From assembly GCA_964536975.1 (NCBI GenBank), contig CAZHYS010000002.1, forward strand, positions 12,288-76,287: a DNA stretch of 64,000 nucleotides, in the 5' to 3' direction. Position numbers and translations under genes: made by a program. The notes below the pieces were generated by a model, which saw nothing but the letters and a program-made list of their open reading frames with translations, did no database searches and was not told the origin of the DNA. Shown here in pieces: positions 9,149 through 19,349 of this stretch (positions within the stretch are counted from its first letter, which is position 1; the number at the start of each line of letters is the position of its first letter). Source of the stretch: an uncultured Gammaproteobacteria bacterium. Its GTDB lineage: Bacteria > Patescibacteriota > Patescibacteriia > 2-01-FULL-39-33.

Positions 9149-10402
9149 ATGCTTGTCGGCAGGTTCTCTCAATTAAAATATCATATTTTAGCGATTTTAA
9201 TAATGCTGCTGATTGTTTTTAGCGGCGTTTTTTGCTTAGGAAAAATTATTTTGGCTGAAGAATCGGAGGACTCTAGCGGACCAAATCAAACAGTAATAGA
9301 CGACTTGAACCGTCAAATCCAGGAACAGCAAGCAAAAATCGATCAAATTGCCCAAAAAATAGAGCAGTATAAAGACAATATTAAAAACGCCCAAAACGAA
9401 GCGACTAGCCTGAACAACCAAATCTACATCCTCAATAATCAAATTGCCAAGGCCGAGCTTGACATCACCGCCAAAGAAGAGGAGATAAAAGCGGTAGAAT
9501 TGGAAATTTCCCAGGTAGAATTGGAAATAAAAGACAGTGAAACAAAAATAGAAAACGCCAAGGAAGATTTATCTGCTTTTGTCAGAAGACTTGATCAATA
9601 CGACCAAAAAAACTATCTGATGGTACTTTTAAGCAATAATTCTTTTTCGGAATTTTTTGACCAAATCAAATATCTGGAAGGCATTGAAGAAGAAATCCAG
9701 CAAACACTCAACCGAGTGCAAGAATTGGTGGAAAAATTAAACAAGCAAAAAAACGGTTTGAATCAAAAAAAGCAAGAATTATCCGATCTTTTAAATAAAT
9801 TGGAAGATGATAAATTAGCGCTGGAAAGCCAAAAACAGACCAAGCAATACCTGATCGGTCAGACCAGAAACTCGGAGAAAAAATACCAGAATATGGTGAC
9901 TGACTTAAAAGCCGAGCAGGCTGCCGCTAACAACGCCATCGCCAGCCTGGAAAATGCCCTGCGCGAAGAATTGAAAAAAACCGAGGGTCAAGAGACTTTG
10001 GAATCATTTGGCGATGTCTATATGGGTTGGCCGACTGCCAGCCATAGAATTACTGCTTATTTTCACGATCAGGACTATCCCTTCCGCAACTTATTTGAAC
10101 ATTCGGGGATAGATCTCGGCGTAGGAATGGGCACTCCGGTCAAAGCCGCCGAATCCGGCTACATTGCCAAAATAGGCCTCAACACCAAATGGTACGGCAA
10201 TTACATTATGATTATTCACAATAATAATTTGGCGACGTTATATGCCCATTTGAGCAGTGTCAGCGTTTCTGCCGACGAGTTTATCCTAAAAGGACAAGTC
10301 ATTGCCGCCAGTGGCAATACGGGATTTTCTACTGGCCCGCATCTGCATTTTGAAGTCCGTTCCAACGGTATTCCAGTGGATCCATTGGATTACCTGCCTT
10401 AA
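9149..10402 (+). CDS. M23 family metallopeptidase with N-terminal coiled coil (EnvC-like)
   Basis: A TM/signal segment, a long coiled coil, and the C-terminal HxxxD...HLHFEV M23 motifs. Confidence 0.8.
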   Translation: MLVGRFSQLKYHILAILIMLLIVFSGVFCLGKIILAEESEDSSGPNQTVIDDLNRQIQEQQAKIDQIAQKIEQYKDNIKNAQNEATSLNNQIYILNNQIAKAELDITAKEEEIKAVELEISQVELEIKDSETKIENAKEDLSAFVRRLDQYDQKNYLMVLLSNNSFSEFFDQIKYLEGIEEEIQQTLNRVQELVEKLNKQKNGLNQKKQELSDLLNKLEDDKLALESQKQTKQYLIGQTRNSEKKYQNMVTDLKAEQAAANNAIASLENALREELKKTEGQETLESFGDVYMGWPTASHRITAYFHDQDYPFRNLFEHSGIDLGVGMGTPVKAAESGYIAKIGLNTKWYGNYIMIIHNNNLATLYAHLSSVSVSADEFILKGQVIAASGNTGFSTGPHLHFEVRSNGIPVDPLDYLP

Positions 10403-10690
10403 AATAAATTTCAAATTTGAAATTTTAAATTTCAAAACAATGGTTCGGCTTCGCTCACCACAAGTTTTTAATTTTCAAATCCGCCGCCGCGGATTGTTAA
10501 ATTGTCTAATTGCTATATTGTTTTTGTCTCTATTATGGAGATAAAACCCGACAATTTTACAATTTAACAATGTAACAATTCTTTAATTTGACTTTTTGAC
10601 TTTATAGACTTTAAGAACTCCTGCCTACCGCCTGCCTGCCGGTAGGCAGGGCAGGCAGGTTCAACTTTACGGACTTTATAAACTAAACCA

Positions 10691-11119
10691 ATGTTTGACC
10701 GACAAGAATTCGCTAAGAATATTTTCAATCTGGTTTTTAACATCGCCGGCTGGGTTTTCGTAATCATCGCGATTATTGTCGTTTATTTATTTTTTAATCC
10801 GGAATTGATTGAAAAATACGCGATGATACTTATTCCCGCGCTGATTTATGGCGGCGGAATGATTATCGCCTCCTGGTTCAACGCGAAAAAGAAAACCAGA
10901 ATGGAAAAAGGGGAGGGGACATCGGAATTCAATCTTTATATCAACCAGGTTGATTTTGCTAAACATGATTTGTTGATGTTTTTGACGCCGTTTTTCATAA
11001 TAATAATGTTCTATTGGTCAAAAGAAAAAATGGCCATGGCCGATATCTTCGCTTCGGCCATTGCTTTTGTCGGCTTATATCTATCAAAAAAAATCTACAC
11101 TCGAAAAATAAACAAATAA
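10691..11119 (+). CDS. Hypothetical multi-pass membrane protein
   Basis: Hydrophobic segments only. Confidence 0.45.
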   Translation: MFDRQEFAKNIFNLVFNIAGWVFVIIAIIVVYLFFNPELIEKYAMILIPALIYGGGMIIASWFNAKKKTRMEKGEGTSEFNLYINQVDFAKHDLLMFLTPFFIIIMFYWSKEKMAMADIFASAIAFVGLYLSKKIYTRKINK

Positions 11120-12202
11120 ATGTTCGGCCTCAAGCCAATCAAATTCCCGAGAGATGAAAACGCCCACCACAATATCATTGAATGGTGGTATTTTAACGGT
11201 CACTTGCGCGATAATAGCGGCCGTCCTTATGCTTTTATGGATTGCCTGTTTAAAGCCGACGTCAAAAAAGTCCGCATACCATTCCTGAAAAAGGTGCCTT
11301 ATCGCGACATTTATTTCGCCCATTCGCTGCTGTCAGATATCAAAAAGCAAGCCAACGAACGAGAGGTTCAATATCTAACCTTCATTTCCAAAGACAGTTT
11401 CAAGAAACCGGAACTTTTTGTTAATTATCGCAACCCCCTAGAATTGGCTGGCAGCTACACCAACTATGCCATTGAAAAAATCTCGCCGCAAAAATATCAT
11501 ATCAAGACACAGAACATGGATTTGATTTTGGACTCAACCAAAAAGCCTCTCCTTGAAGGAGGGGAGGGACATATCAAAGTCTGCGGCCGTAAAAGCTATT
11601 ATTATTCCCTGACCAATCTGAAAACCTCCGGCTGGATTAAGACGGGCGGAAAATATGTGGCGGTAAGCGGCAAATCCTGGATGGACCACCAATGGGCCGA
11701 TGTCAGCTACAGTAAAGACAAATGGACCTGGTTTTCCATCCAATTGAATAGCAATATTGAAATAATGGCTTGCGAATATAACGATGGCAACAGTCGGGCA
11801 TTGCTGGCGGATATTATTGACAAAAGCGGCCGGCAAAAAAACGTCTCTGATTTGATTATTGAACCCGGGGACAAATTTTTTTCTAGCCGATTAACCAAGG
11901 CGGACTATCCATTATCTTGGCAGATCAAAATTCCGTCACAAAAGATTTATCTTCGCGCCGAGGCATTGGCCAAAGACCAGGAAATGGTTTTTGGAACGAT
12001 AAATTACTGGGAGGGACCATTGAAAATATCCGGCAAAATCAAAGGAAAAACCGTTTCCGGCCAGGGCTTTGCCGAATTAGTCGGCTATCCGTCAAACTAC
12101 AATAATGTCTCTTTGGTAAAATCAAAAATCAAGCAGATAGTCGGTCGAGAGATAAGTAAATCAAGAAATATTTTTAAGAAAAGAAAGTTTTTTATTTTTT
12201 AA
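11120..12202 (+). CDS. CrtC/AttH-like lipocalin-domain protein
   Basis: The N-terminal FPRDENAHHNIIEWWYFNGHL motif typical of hydroxyneurosporene-synthase/AttH family. Confidence 0.45.
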   Translation: MFGLKPIKFPRDENAHHNIIEWWYFNGHLRDNSGRPYAFMDCLFKADVKKVRIPFLKKVPYRDIYFAHSLLSDIKKQANEREVQYLTFISKDSFKKPELFVNYRNPLELAGSYTNYAIEKISPQKYHIKTQNMDLILDSTKKPLLEGGEGHIKVCGRKSYYYSLTNLKTSGWIKTGGKYVAVSGKSWMDHQWADVSYSKDKWTWFSIQLNSNIEIMACEYNDGNSRALLADIIDKSGRQKNVSDLIIEPGDKFFSSRLTKADYPLSWQIKIPSQKIYLRAEALAKDQEMVFGTINYWEGPLKISGKIKGKTVSGQGFAELVGYPSNYNNVSLVKSKIKQIVGREISKSRNIFKKRKFFIF

Positions 12203-12324
12203 CGGGCAGGGATTAGTAATCAGCGATTAGCGTTTAGCCTTTAGCGATTTGCGCCCCAGGCGCATCCCCTCCATATAGACTTTACGAACTTTACTGACTT
12301 TATAGACTTTCGACTTTCCGGTTT

Positions 12325-13290
12325 TTACTTTTCGCCGCTATGAAACTTTTTGTGGACTTCCTTGAGATGGGGGTTGGTCAAGTGGGTGTAAATCTGAGTA
12401 GTAAGTATATTCTTGTGCCCCAAGAGTTCCTGAACACTGCGAAGATCGGCGCCCTGATTCAATAAATCTGTCGCGTAGCTATGGCGCAAGGTATGAGGCG
12501 TGGCGCTAATCGGCAAACCAGCCATGGCTGTGTATCGCTTGACCATCCTTTCAACTGATCTGATATTCAAACGATGTTCGTCTTTTTTGTCGGCGCTAGG
12601 ACGGTAATTGATAAATAGGGGAGGGCAGAGGTCATCTCTGGTCTGCAGATATTTGGCCAGCCAGCCCATTGACCGCCGGGAAAAATAAACCACTCGGCTG
12701 ACGCCGCCTTTACCAAAGATATTCAATTCGTAATCGGAAAATTTATTTTTCAACAAATCATTCTTATTGAATTGAGATATATTAAGCGACGTTAATTCTG
12801 ATACCCGCATCCCGGTAGAGAAGAGCGCCTCCAATATCGCTCGATCCCGCAAACCATCAACTGAAGATATGTCGGGCATCGCCAGCAGCTTTTCAATCTG
12901 TTCAAATTTCAAAAATTTTATTGCTTTGTCCTTGTCGGTTAATTTTGGCAATTTAACTTTATCTGCCGGCAGAGAAATAATATCTTTATCGGTAAAATAG
13001 CTCAAAAGATTACGTAAGGCGATCAAGTAATAGTTCTGGGTCGTCTTTTTGATATACTTGTCCTTATTATCCTTTTTTCGCGACAAATATAGACGATAAT
13101 CCCAAACATGGTCTGGGGTGAGCTCATGAGGCCTAAGATCGCTTAAATCGCGAATTTTGAGCCAATTGATGAACATCTTAAGGAAGTTATGATAATTGCG
13201 GGTAGAAGCCGGACTAAGGCCTTTTTCTACCTCACAGTAAGCCAGAAAATCAGGGATGTGCTTTATTATGGAAATAGTAGATTTTTTCAT
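12325..13290 (-). CDS. Tyrosine site-specific recombinase, XerC/XerD family
   Basis: C-terminal catalytic motifs HTLRHSYAT...LLGH...IYTHL. Confidence 0.8.
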   Translation of the reverse strand: MKKSTISIIKHIPDFLAYCEVEKGLSPASTRNYHNFLKMFINWLKIRDLSDLRPHELTPDHVWDYRLYLSRKKDNKDKYIKKTTQNYYLIALRNLLSYFTDKDIISLPADKVKLPKLTDKDKAIKFLKFEQIEKLLAMPDISSVDGLRDRAILEALFSTGMRVSELTSLNISQFNKNDLLKNKFSDYELNIFGKGGVSRVVYFSRRSMGWLAKYLQTRDDLCPPLFINYRPSADKKDEHRLNIRSVERMVKRYTAMAGLPISATPHTLRHSYATDLLNQGADLRSVQELLGHKNILTTQIYTHLTNPHLKEVHKKFHSGEK

Positions 13291-13383
13291 ATTTTGGGTC
13301 TATATCGTCTCTTAATCTATATTATACGACATTAGGTATATAAAAGAAAACGACTTATCCACAAACCCCAAACCACCCCTTCC

Positions 13384-14238
13384 CTATCTTTCCTTATAAA
13401 AAACTTTATCCCCGAATCTTACGTCAATATATTCCAATTTATTTTTGTCTTGGACTTTGCCATTCAAGACGAGTAGGAGATTATCCAAAGATAACTTCGG
13501 ATCGCTGTCGGCGGAAAAAAGACCCCGCCAGCCGTCTTTAGTAACCAAAACCACCTCCTCCCCTTCCCCCGCCTCATAACCATAAATCGCCAAGGAAGTT
13601 TTTTTGATTTCTTCATTGAGAGCAATTATAAAAGATGCCGGCTTGCCGCCAAGCGCTTGATCGCCGATGACAATGTCTTTATTGCCGACATTTAAAACCG
13701 GAAACCTGTCCCAATACCTTTCTGCTTCCTCTTGGCTTATTTCCATTGTTGCTCTCCCCTCTTCATCAGCGAAATAAAATTTTTGCTGATTATAAATTAT
13801 CAAAAAACTGACTTTTTCTTCAATATTTATTGATAATTTTTTCCAGCCCTTATCTATCATCAGATTTTTCAAGTTGTAACGCTCATTGATTTTCTCCGCC
13901 AATTGGCCGGTGTCCAAAAACAACAAATTCCGCCGCGGTATCAAATACCAACGCCAACTGTTTAATTCATCTTCTACCAGATTTGAAATTTCTTCCCGAT
14001 TAATCATATCCAAACCGTTTATCTCCACCTCTTTAATCCTGAATAAATCGCTGTATACAACCACATAAACAGCCAGCAACACCGCTAAAACCTTCAAATA
14101 AAAAACAACATCAAATTTCCCGCTTCGATTACGAAAATAAGGATTAACAAATTCTTTGTCTTGGTAATCCTTTTTTATTTTGTGGTGTTGTCGTAAATTT
14201 GGCGAGTCCGTAATCATCAGAAAAATTGCTATTGACAA
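13384..14238 (-). CDS. ftsQ: Cell division protein FtsQ/DivIB-like
   Basis: A single transmembrane helix followed by a POTRA-like segment FRIKEVEINGL. Confidence 0.55.
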   Translation of the reverse strand: MSIAIFLMITDSPNLRQHHKIKKDYQDKEFVNPYFRNRSGKFDVVFYLKVLAVLLAVYVVVYSDLFRIKEVEINGLDMINREEISNLVEDELNSWRWYLIPRRNLLFLDTGQLAEKINERYNLKNLMIDKGWKKLSINIEEKVSFLIIYNQQKFYFADEEGRATMEISQEEAERYWDRFPVLNVGNKDIVIGDQALGGKPASFIIALNEEIKKTSLAIYGYEAGEGEEVVLVTKDGWRGLFSADSDPKLSLDNLLLVLNGKVQDKNKLEYIDVRFGDKVFYKER

Positions 14239-14310
14239 AATTTATAATTTATACTACAATTATATTAGTGTTTCTTTGGCGCAATAAAACAAAAAAACAA
14301 CCGGGCTGCT

Positions 14311-14688
14311 ATGGAAAGGAAGGAGACCATGGCGAAAAAGATGAGCGGCAGAGAAAAAGAAAAAGCAGAGCGGCAACAAGTGGTGGAGGCTATCAAAGCA
14401 TTCGCCGGGCACCTCTTGTCAGAAGAGCCGCCAACCGAGGAGGAAATGGCGCAGCAACTGCCCATACTACTTAAGGAAATTGACCGACTCGGCTGTTACC
14501 CGGAAGCGGCGAATTTTCTGAGCGGCGTTGTCAAGAGGGTGCCGGAAACAACGAAGCGTTCGTTGGTCTATTCGCTTTTTCCCGCACTCAAGGCAGCCAA
14601 GTATGACGGCAATGCTAACACCGACCCTGTTCACGAGGACGTGTTAGACATGTTTGCCACATTAAGCCACGAGGAAAACGCGGCTTAG
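14311..14688 (+). CDS. Hypothetical protein in a GC-rich patch
   Basis: A 125-aa ORF. Local GC is visibly higher than in the flanks. Confidence 0.3.
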   Translation: MERKETMAKKMSGREKEKAERQQVVEAIKAFAGHLLSEEPPTEEEMAQQLPILLKEIDRLGCYPEAANFLSGVVKRVPETTKRSLVYSLFPALKAAKYDGNANTDPVHEDVLDMFATLSHEENAA

Positions 14689-14773
14689 CCCTTTCCGACA
14701 CCGCGCCTGCGCATCGGCGCGTATTCCTCCAGAGAGTCCAAGCAAGGTCACCCGACAGGCCTAGCTTGGACTC

Positions 14774-16030
14774 TTATTCTTTTACTTCAATTTTTTTGAA
14801 ACCAGTATATTTTCTAAGCGCCTTAGGAATAACAATTGACCCATCCTTTTGCTGGTATTGTTCCAAAATCGCCGGAAATAGCCGGCTGGTCGCCAATCCG
14901 GAAGCGTTTAGGGTGTGAACAAACTCATTCTTGCCGGTTGTGGCGTTCTTAAATCTGATATTGCCGCGCCGCGCCTGATAATCAAGCGCGTTGGAAGCGC
15001 TGGAGACTTCTTTATAAATTCCCATTGACGGGATCCACACTTCTATATCCATGGTTTTGGCCATGGCGGCACTGGCATCGCCAGCCGCCAACTGAACCGT
15101 CTGATAATGCAGTCCCAACCCTTCCACTAGTTTTTCAGCATTTTTGACCAGCTCGGCAAAAGCATCCCAGGAATTTTCTGGCTTAGTAAATTGGAACATT
15201 TCTATTTTGTTGAATTGATGGCCGCGGATCATTCCTCGCTCTTCCTTGCGATAACTGCCGGCCTCGCGCCGAAAACAGGCGCTATAAGCGCAATATTTCA
15301 GGGGCAATATTTTCTCATCTAACACTTCTTCCCGATGGAAGTTGCCCAACATCATCTCACTGGTGGCATTGAGGCAGGTTTGATCTTGGGTCCAGAACAG
15401 ATCATCGCGGAATTTTGGCAAATGGCCGGAGGTGTAGGCCGACTGTTCAGTCAGCATAAACGGCGCCAAAATGAAATCGTATTTATTTTTGGTATGAAAG
15501 TTTAGAAAATAATTCAAAAGCGCCCATTCCAGCAGCGCGCCCTTGCCTTTGTAAGCCCAAAACCCGGAACCGGCAATCTTCACTCCCCTCTCGTAGTCAA
15601 TTATATCCAGCGAAGTCGCCAGTTCAACATGATCTTTCGCCTGAAAATCAAATTCCGGTTTTTTGCCAAAAGTTTTAACAACCTTGTTATTTTCTTTGCC
15701 GCCGGCCAGGACATCATCAGCGGGAATATTGGGCAATTCAGACATTGCCGTTTTAAATTCTTCTTCCACGCTGTTTAATTCTTCATCAACTTTTTTTATC
15801 TCCTCCCCCACTCTCTTCATCTCGGCGATAATCTCCGGCGTCGGCTTGACTTTGGAATGCTTGTTCCTTTCCGCTTTCAGCTCTTCTGATTTTTTGATCA
15901 AATTCCGCCTCTTTTCGTCTGATGATAAAACTTTGTCCAGCAACGGCTCAATCACCGACGCTTCCGCCCGTTTGAGCAGTGCCTTTTTAATCCCCTCCTT
16001 GTCCTCGCGAATTCTATTGATGTCTAGCAT
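14774..16030 (-). CDS. serS: Seryl-tRNA synthetase; start taken at MLDINRIRED
   Basis: An N-terminal coiled-coil arm and a class II core. Confidence 0.9.
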   Translation of the reverse strand: MLDINRIREDKEGIKKALLKRAEASVIEPLLDKVLSSDEKRRNLIKKSEELKAERNKHSKVKPTPEIIAEMKRVGEEIKKVDEELNSVEEEFKTAMSELPNIPADDVLAGGKENNKVVKTFGKKPEFDFQAKDHVELATSLDIIDYERGVKIAGSGFWAYKGKGALLEWALLNYFLNFHTKNKYDFILAPFMLTEQSAYTSGHLPKFRDDLFWTQDQTCLNATSEMMLGNFHREEVLDEKILPLKYCAYSACFRREAGSYRKEERGMIRGHQFNKIEMFQFTKPENSWDAFAELVKNAEKLVEGLGLHYQTVQLAAGDASAAMAKTMDIEVWIPSMGIYKEVSSASNALDYQARRGNIRFKNATTGKNEFVHTLNASGLATSRLFPAILEQYQQKDGSIVIPKALRKYTGFKKIEVKE

Positions 16031-16099
16031 ATGGTAAATTTTTAATTTAAAATTTTCAATTCTCAAACATTATATAAACAGTATGATTTTGTCATGAAG

Positions 16100-17566
16100 C
16101 TACTTCTCCGGCCGCATAAAGGGAAACAGAATCACATCGCGGATTGATGGTTGATTGGTGAGCAGTATCGTCAATCGATCAATCCCGAGCCCATAGCCGG
16201 CGGTTGGCGGCATGCCGTGGCGCAAAGCTGCGACAAAATCATCATCCATCGGCATCGCTTCGGCGTCTCCGCCACGCAACAACTTGGCCTGCTCTTTGAG
16301 CCGGTTTTCCTGATCAATCGGATCATTTAGTTCATCATATGCCTTGACCATCTCCGCACCATCAACAATCAGCTGAAAGGTGTTAATCAGCCGCGGGTCG
16401 TCTTCGTTCCTTTTGGCCAAGGCAATCATCTCTACCGGATAATGTGTCAGGAATGTCGGCTGGATAATGCTCGGCCGAGCCACTCTCTTGTATAATTCGT
16501 CTAATAGCGCGCCATAATGCTTCGCGCCTTTTATATCTACTTCTTTTAGATTTTTATCTTTGATTGCTTTTTTTAACTTTTCAAAGTCATCGGCTTTAGC
16601 CAAATCAATGCCCGTTTTATCCTTGATTAGGTCGGCGAACCTCATTTTTTTGATATTTTTAAAATTCAACTTTTTTCCCTGATATTCAATTGTCTCACCC
16701 AATCCTAATTCTTTGAATATTTTTTTCAGCAATTCTTCAGTCATGGTCATCAATTTTTCATAATCAGCATAGGCGCAGTAGAATTCCAGCATCGTAAACT
16801 CCGGATTGTGGAATTTGTCTATACCTTCATTGCGAAAATTTTTGCTGATAGTGAATACTTTGTCCAGTCCGCCGACAATCAATCGCTTGAGATAAAGCTC
16901 CGGCGAAATAGACAGAAATAGGTCAATATCCAAAGCGTTCAAATGAGTCTTAAAAGGCGTGGCTGAAGCGCCGCCGTAAATCGCTTGCAGATTCGGCGTT
17001 TCCACTTCTATAAAATCATTGTTTTTCAAATAATTTCTGACCGCGTCAATAATTTTTGATCGTTTGATAAAAACTTCTTTGACTTCATCATTGGCAATAA
17101 GATCCAGATAGCGCTGACGGTAGCGGATTTCTTTGTCTTGCAATCCATGCCATTTTTCCGGCAAAGGCAGTAGCGCTTTGGCAAGTAATTGGTATTTTTT
17201 GACCAAGACAGAGATCTCACCCTTTTTGGTGACAAACATCTTTCCTTCCACGCCGATAAAATCACCGATATCAAAGTTGGCGGCAAAAAAATCAAAATCT
17301 TTTTCACTGATTTCATTGGTATTGAAAACGATCTGCAAGCGGCCGGAAGCGTCAGACAGATGGCAAAAAGCGATTTTGCCCATTATCCTTATGGACATTA
17401 TCCGACCGGCAGTTTTGACCTTTGCCCCCTCTTTGGCGGCCTTGGCTTCGGCCAGCGATTCTTGTTTGTCAAATTTATTGGGAAAAGGATTTACTCCGGC
17501 GGCTTTTATCCGCTCCAGCTTTTCCAAACGGGCTTGTTGTTCGTCAAGTAATGGTTTTTCCGCCAT
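16100..17566 (-). CDS. lysS: Lysyl-tRNA synthetase, class II
   Basis: The FRNEGIDKFHNPEFTMLEFY motif. Confidence 0.9.
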   Translation of the reverse strand: MAEKPLLDEQQARLEKLERIKAAGVNPFPNKFDKQESLAEAKAAKEGAKVKTAGRIMSIRIMGKIAFCHLSDASGRLQIVFNTNEISEKDFDFFAANFDIGDFIGVEGKMFVTKKGEISVLVKKYQLLAKALLPLPEKWHGLQDKEIRYRQRYLDLIANDEVKEVFIKRSKIIDAVRNYLKNNDFIEVETPNLQAIYGGASATPFKTHLNALDIDLFLSISPELYLKRLIVGGLDKVFTISKNFRNEGIDKFHNPEFTMLEFYCAYADYEKLMTMTEELLKKIFKELGLGETIEYQGKKLNFKNIKKMRFADLIKDKTGIDLAKADDFEKLKKAIKDKNLKEVDIKGAKHYGALLDELYKRVARPSIIQPTFLTHYPVEMIALAKRNEDDPRLINTFQLIVDGAEMVKAYDELNDPIDQENRLKEQAKLLRGGDAEAMPMDDDFVAALRHGMPPTAGYGLGIDRLTILLTNQPSIRDVILFPFMRPEK

Positions 17567-17695
17567 ATTGTTGGGTGTTTGAGGTTAAATTATAATCTAA
17601 TTTTACAGGATTAAATGATTTTTGACAAGAAAAAGAGGGCTAAGCTCTCGTGTCTTGAGAACTCGCCCTCGTTTTGACGCTCGGTCGCGTCTTAC

Positions 17696-18730
17696 TTAAT
17701 TTACTCGTGCCCGGTTGTCCGCCGTTTCTCTCGCCAAGAATAGCTCCAGGAGCTTATACAGGACAATGCCAACAGCCATGGCAATCAGTCCGCCCGTTGC
17801 AATGAGGAGCGCCTGTTGAAATATAGTCATTCCCGGCCGATAGAACAACCCGCACGCAATCGCGCCGCCGATGACACCGCTGATGCCGCACAACACCCGC
17901 TTACTAGAATGGATCAGACGGAATAGTCTGAACAGAAACTTAAATGCATCATAAACCAAAAGAACCAGCCCTCCCAAAACAAAGCGCGCGGCATCATAAA
18001 GAAAAAGGGAAATATGAATCGGCGTTCTGATGATCAATGCCGCCAGCCCAATAGTAAGCCACCGAAAAGCTGACAAATAAGTCAGCCGCGTTTCACTCAT
18101 CCCCTTTTCTTCAAGCTGCGCGTAACGCCTTTCCTTATTGTAGTCGCTGTAGTCAACGAAGAGTTCCTGATAGAAAAAGGGCATTGGACGCCAATATCTG
18201 TTCGTCAATGTCGCGCCCAGATAAGTCGCCGTCGAGAAAAGCCAATACGGGATCAGGAAACTCCCCGCCAGTGCAACCATCAGAAGACCACCGAGTGTAA
18301 CTCCTCCATCTCCATTCGGGGCAGTCTTTGCTAACGCAAAGGCATAAACCGCCATGGGAGTGATCCATGACCAGAACAATGTCCACATCACCAATGTGAC
18401 ATGAAAGAGCGGCCTGGTCTTGAGCAGCCAATCAGCCGCCGGATGAGCGTTCTTCCGGACCATATACAGAGTCTGCCGCGCGGCAATCGGTACTGACCGA
18501 ATCACATCGCGGAATTCGTAGCTGATGTAGCCGGCGGCAAAGCCAGCCACAATGGCCAACGGCCAATACTGTGGCAAAGCCAACCAAACCATGACACACA
18601 CCACTCCACCAATTACGCACGCCTTAAGAAAGTTTATCACGATTTTACCCTCCTTCCGCCGCGGCGGATTATATTGTGACAGTACGTTTTGACAGACCAT
18701 GGTGTCCATCAACAATACATTATAAATCAA
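17696..18730 (-). CDS. Hypothetical multi-pass membrane protein in a GC-elevated patch
   Basis: 344 aa with many transmembrane segments. Confidence 0.45.
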   Translation of the reverse strand: MIYNVLLMDTMVCQNVLSQYNPPRRKEGKIVINFLKACVIGGVVCVMVWLALPQYWPLAIVAGFAAGYISYEFRDVIRSVPIAARQTLYMVRKNAHPAADWLLKTRPLFHVTLVMWTLFWSWITPMAVYAFALAKTAPNGDGGVTLGGLLMVALAGSFLIPYWLFSTATYLGATLTNRYWRPMPFFYQELFVDYSDYNKERRYAQLEEKGMSETRLTYLSAFRWLTIGLAALIIRTPIHISLFLYDAARFVLGGLVLLVYDAFKFLFRLFRLIHSSKRVLCGISGVIGGAIACGLFYRPGMTIFQQALLIATGGLIAMAVGIVLYKLLELFLARETADNRARVN

Positions 18731-18875
18731 AACGCCAAGAAAGTCAACCCCGAAAAAACCGGAATTTAATCCGGTTTTTTGTGGTAATAGGCCTAAATAT
18801 ACCCCTCCCTAACCCTCCCCTTCAAACAAGGGGAGGGAACGGCCAATTGTAAATTGGGTTGTTAATTTTTATAGT

Positions 18876-19169
18876 TTATTTCTTTTTTTTGCCTTTTTTC
18901 TCGTTTTTCTTTTCCCAAAATCTTTCCGCCAGCTTGCCACCGGCTTCAATCAGCGGCGGAAGATAATTGGCGGTAGTTTCCACCTTCTTCTTGATTGACT
19001 CCAAAATCTGATCAAGGAGTGTCATCTTTTTGCGCAAGCTCTTAGTGATGGTTTTAACATCGCGAAGAATAAGCACAAAATAAAAAATCCCCCAGGCCGA
19101 TGTTATGCCGATTAGCAAAATAACAAGCGATAATGACAGCCAAAGGATGTCTTTTGAGGTGGTAAGCAT
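18876..19169 (-). CDS. Small membrane protein
   Basis: An N-terminal transmembrane helix and a K-rich tail. Confidence 0.35.
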   Translation of the reverse strand: MLTTSKDILWLSLSLVILLIGITSAWGIFYFVLILRDVKTITKSLRKKMTLLDQILESIKKKVETTANYLPPLIEAGGKLAERFWEKKNEKKGKKKK

Positions 19170-19349
19170 GGGAGTATGTTGATTAATTTCTAATTTTTAA
19201 TTTAAAATTTTAAAACAATTTTTAATGGTTCAGCTTCGTTCACCACAAGTTTTCGATTTAAAATTTACAATGAATTTTCAATTATCAATTTTTAAAATTA
19301 CTGATTACCGCCTTACAGACTTTTGACTTTATGGACTTTAGACTTTTGA

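Noticed and set aside
13355-13363. Single consensus DnaA box TTATCCACA between the recombinase gene and ftsQ
   Set aside because: It is one isolated box without clustered boxes or an AT-rich DUE. This is insufficient to call an origin.
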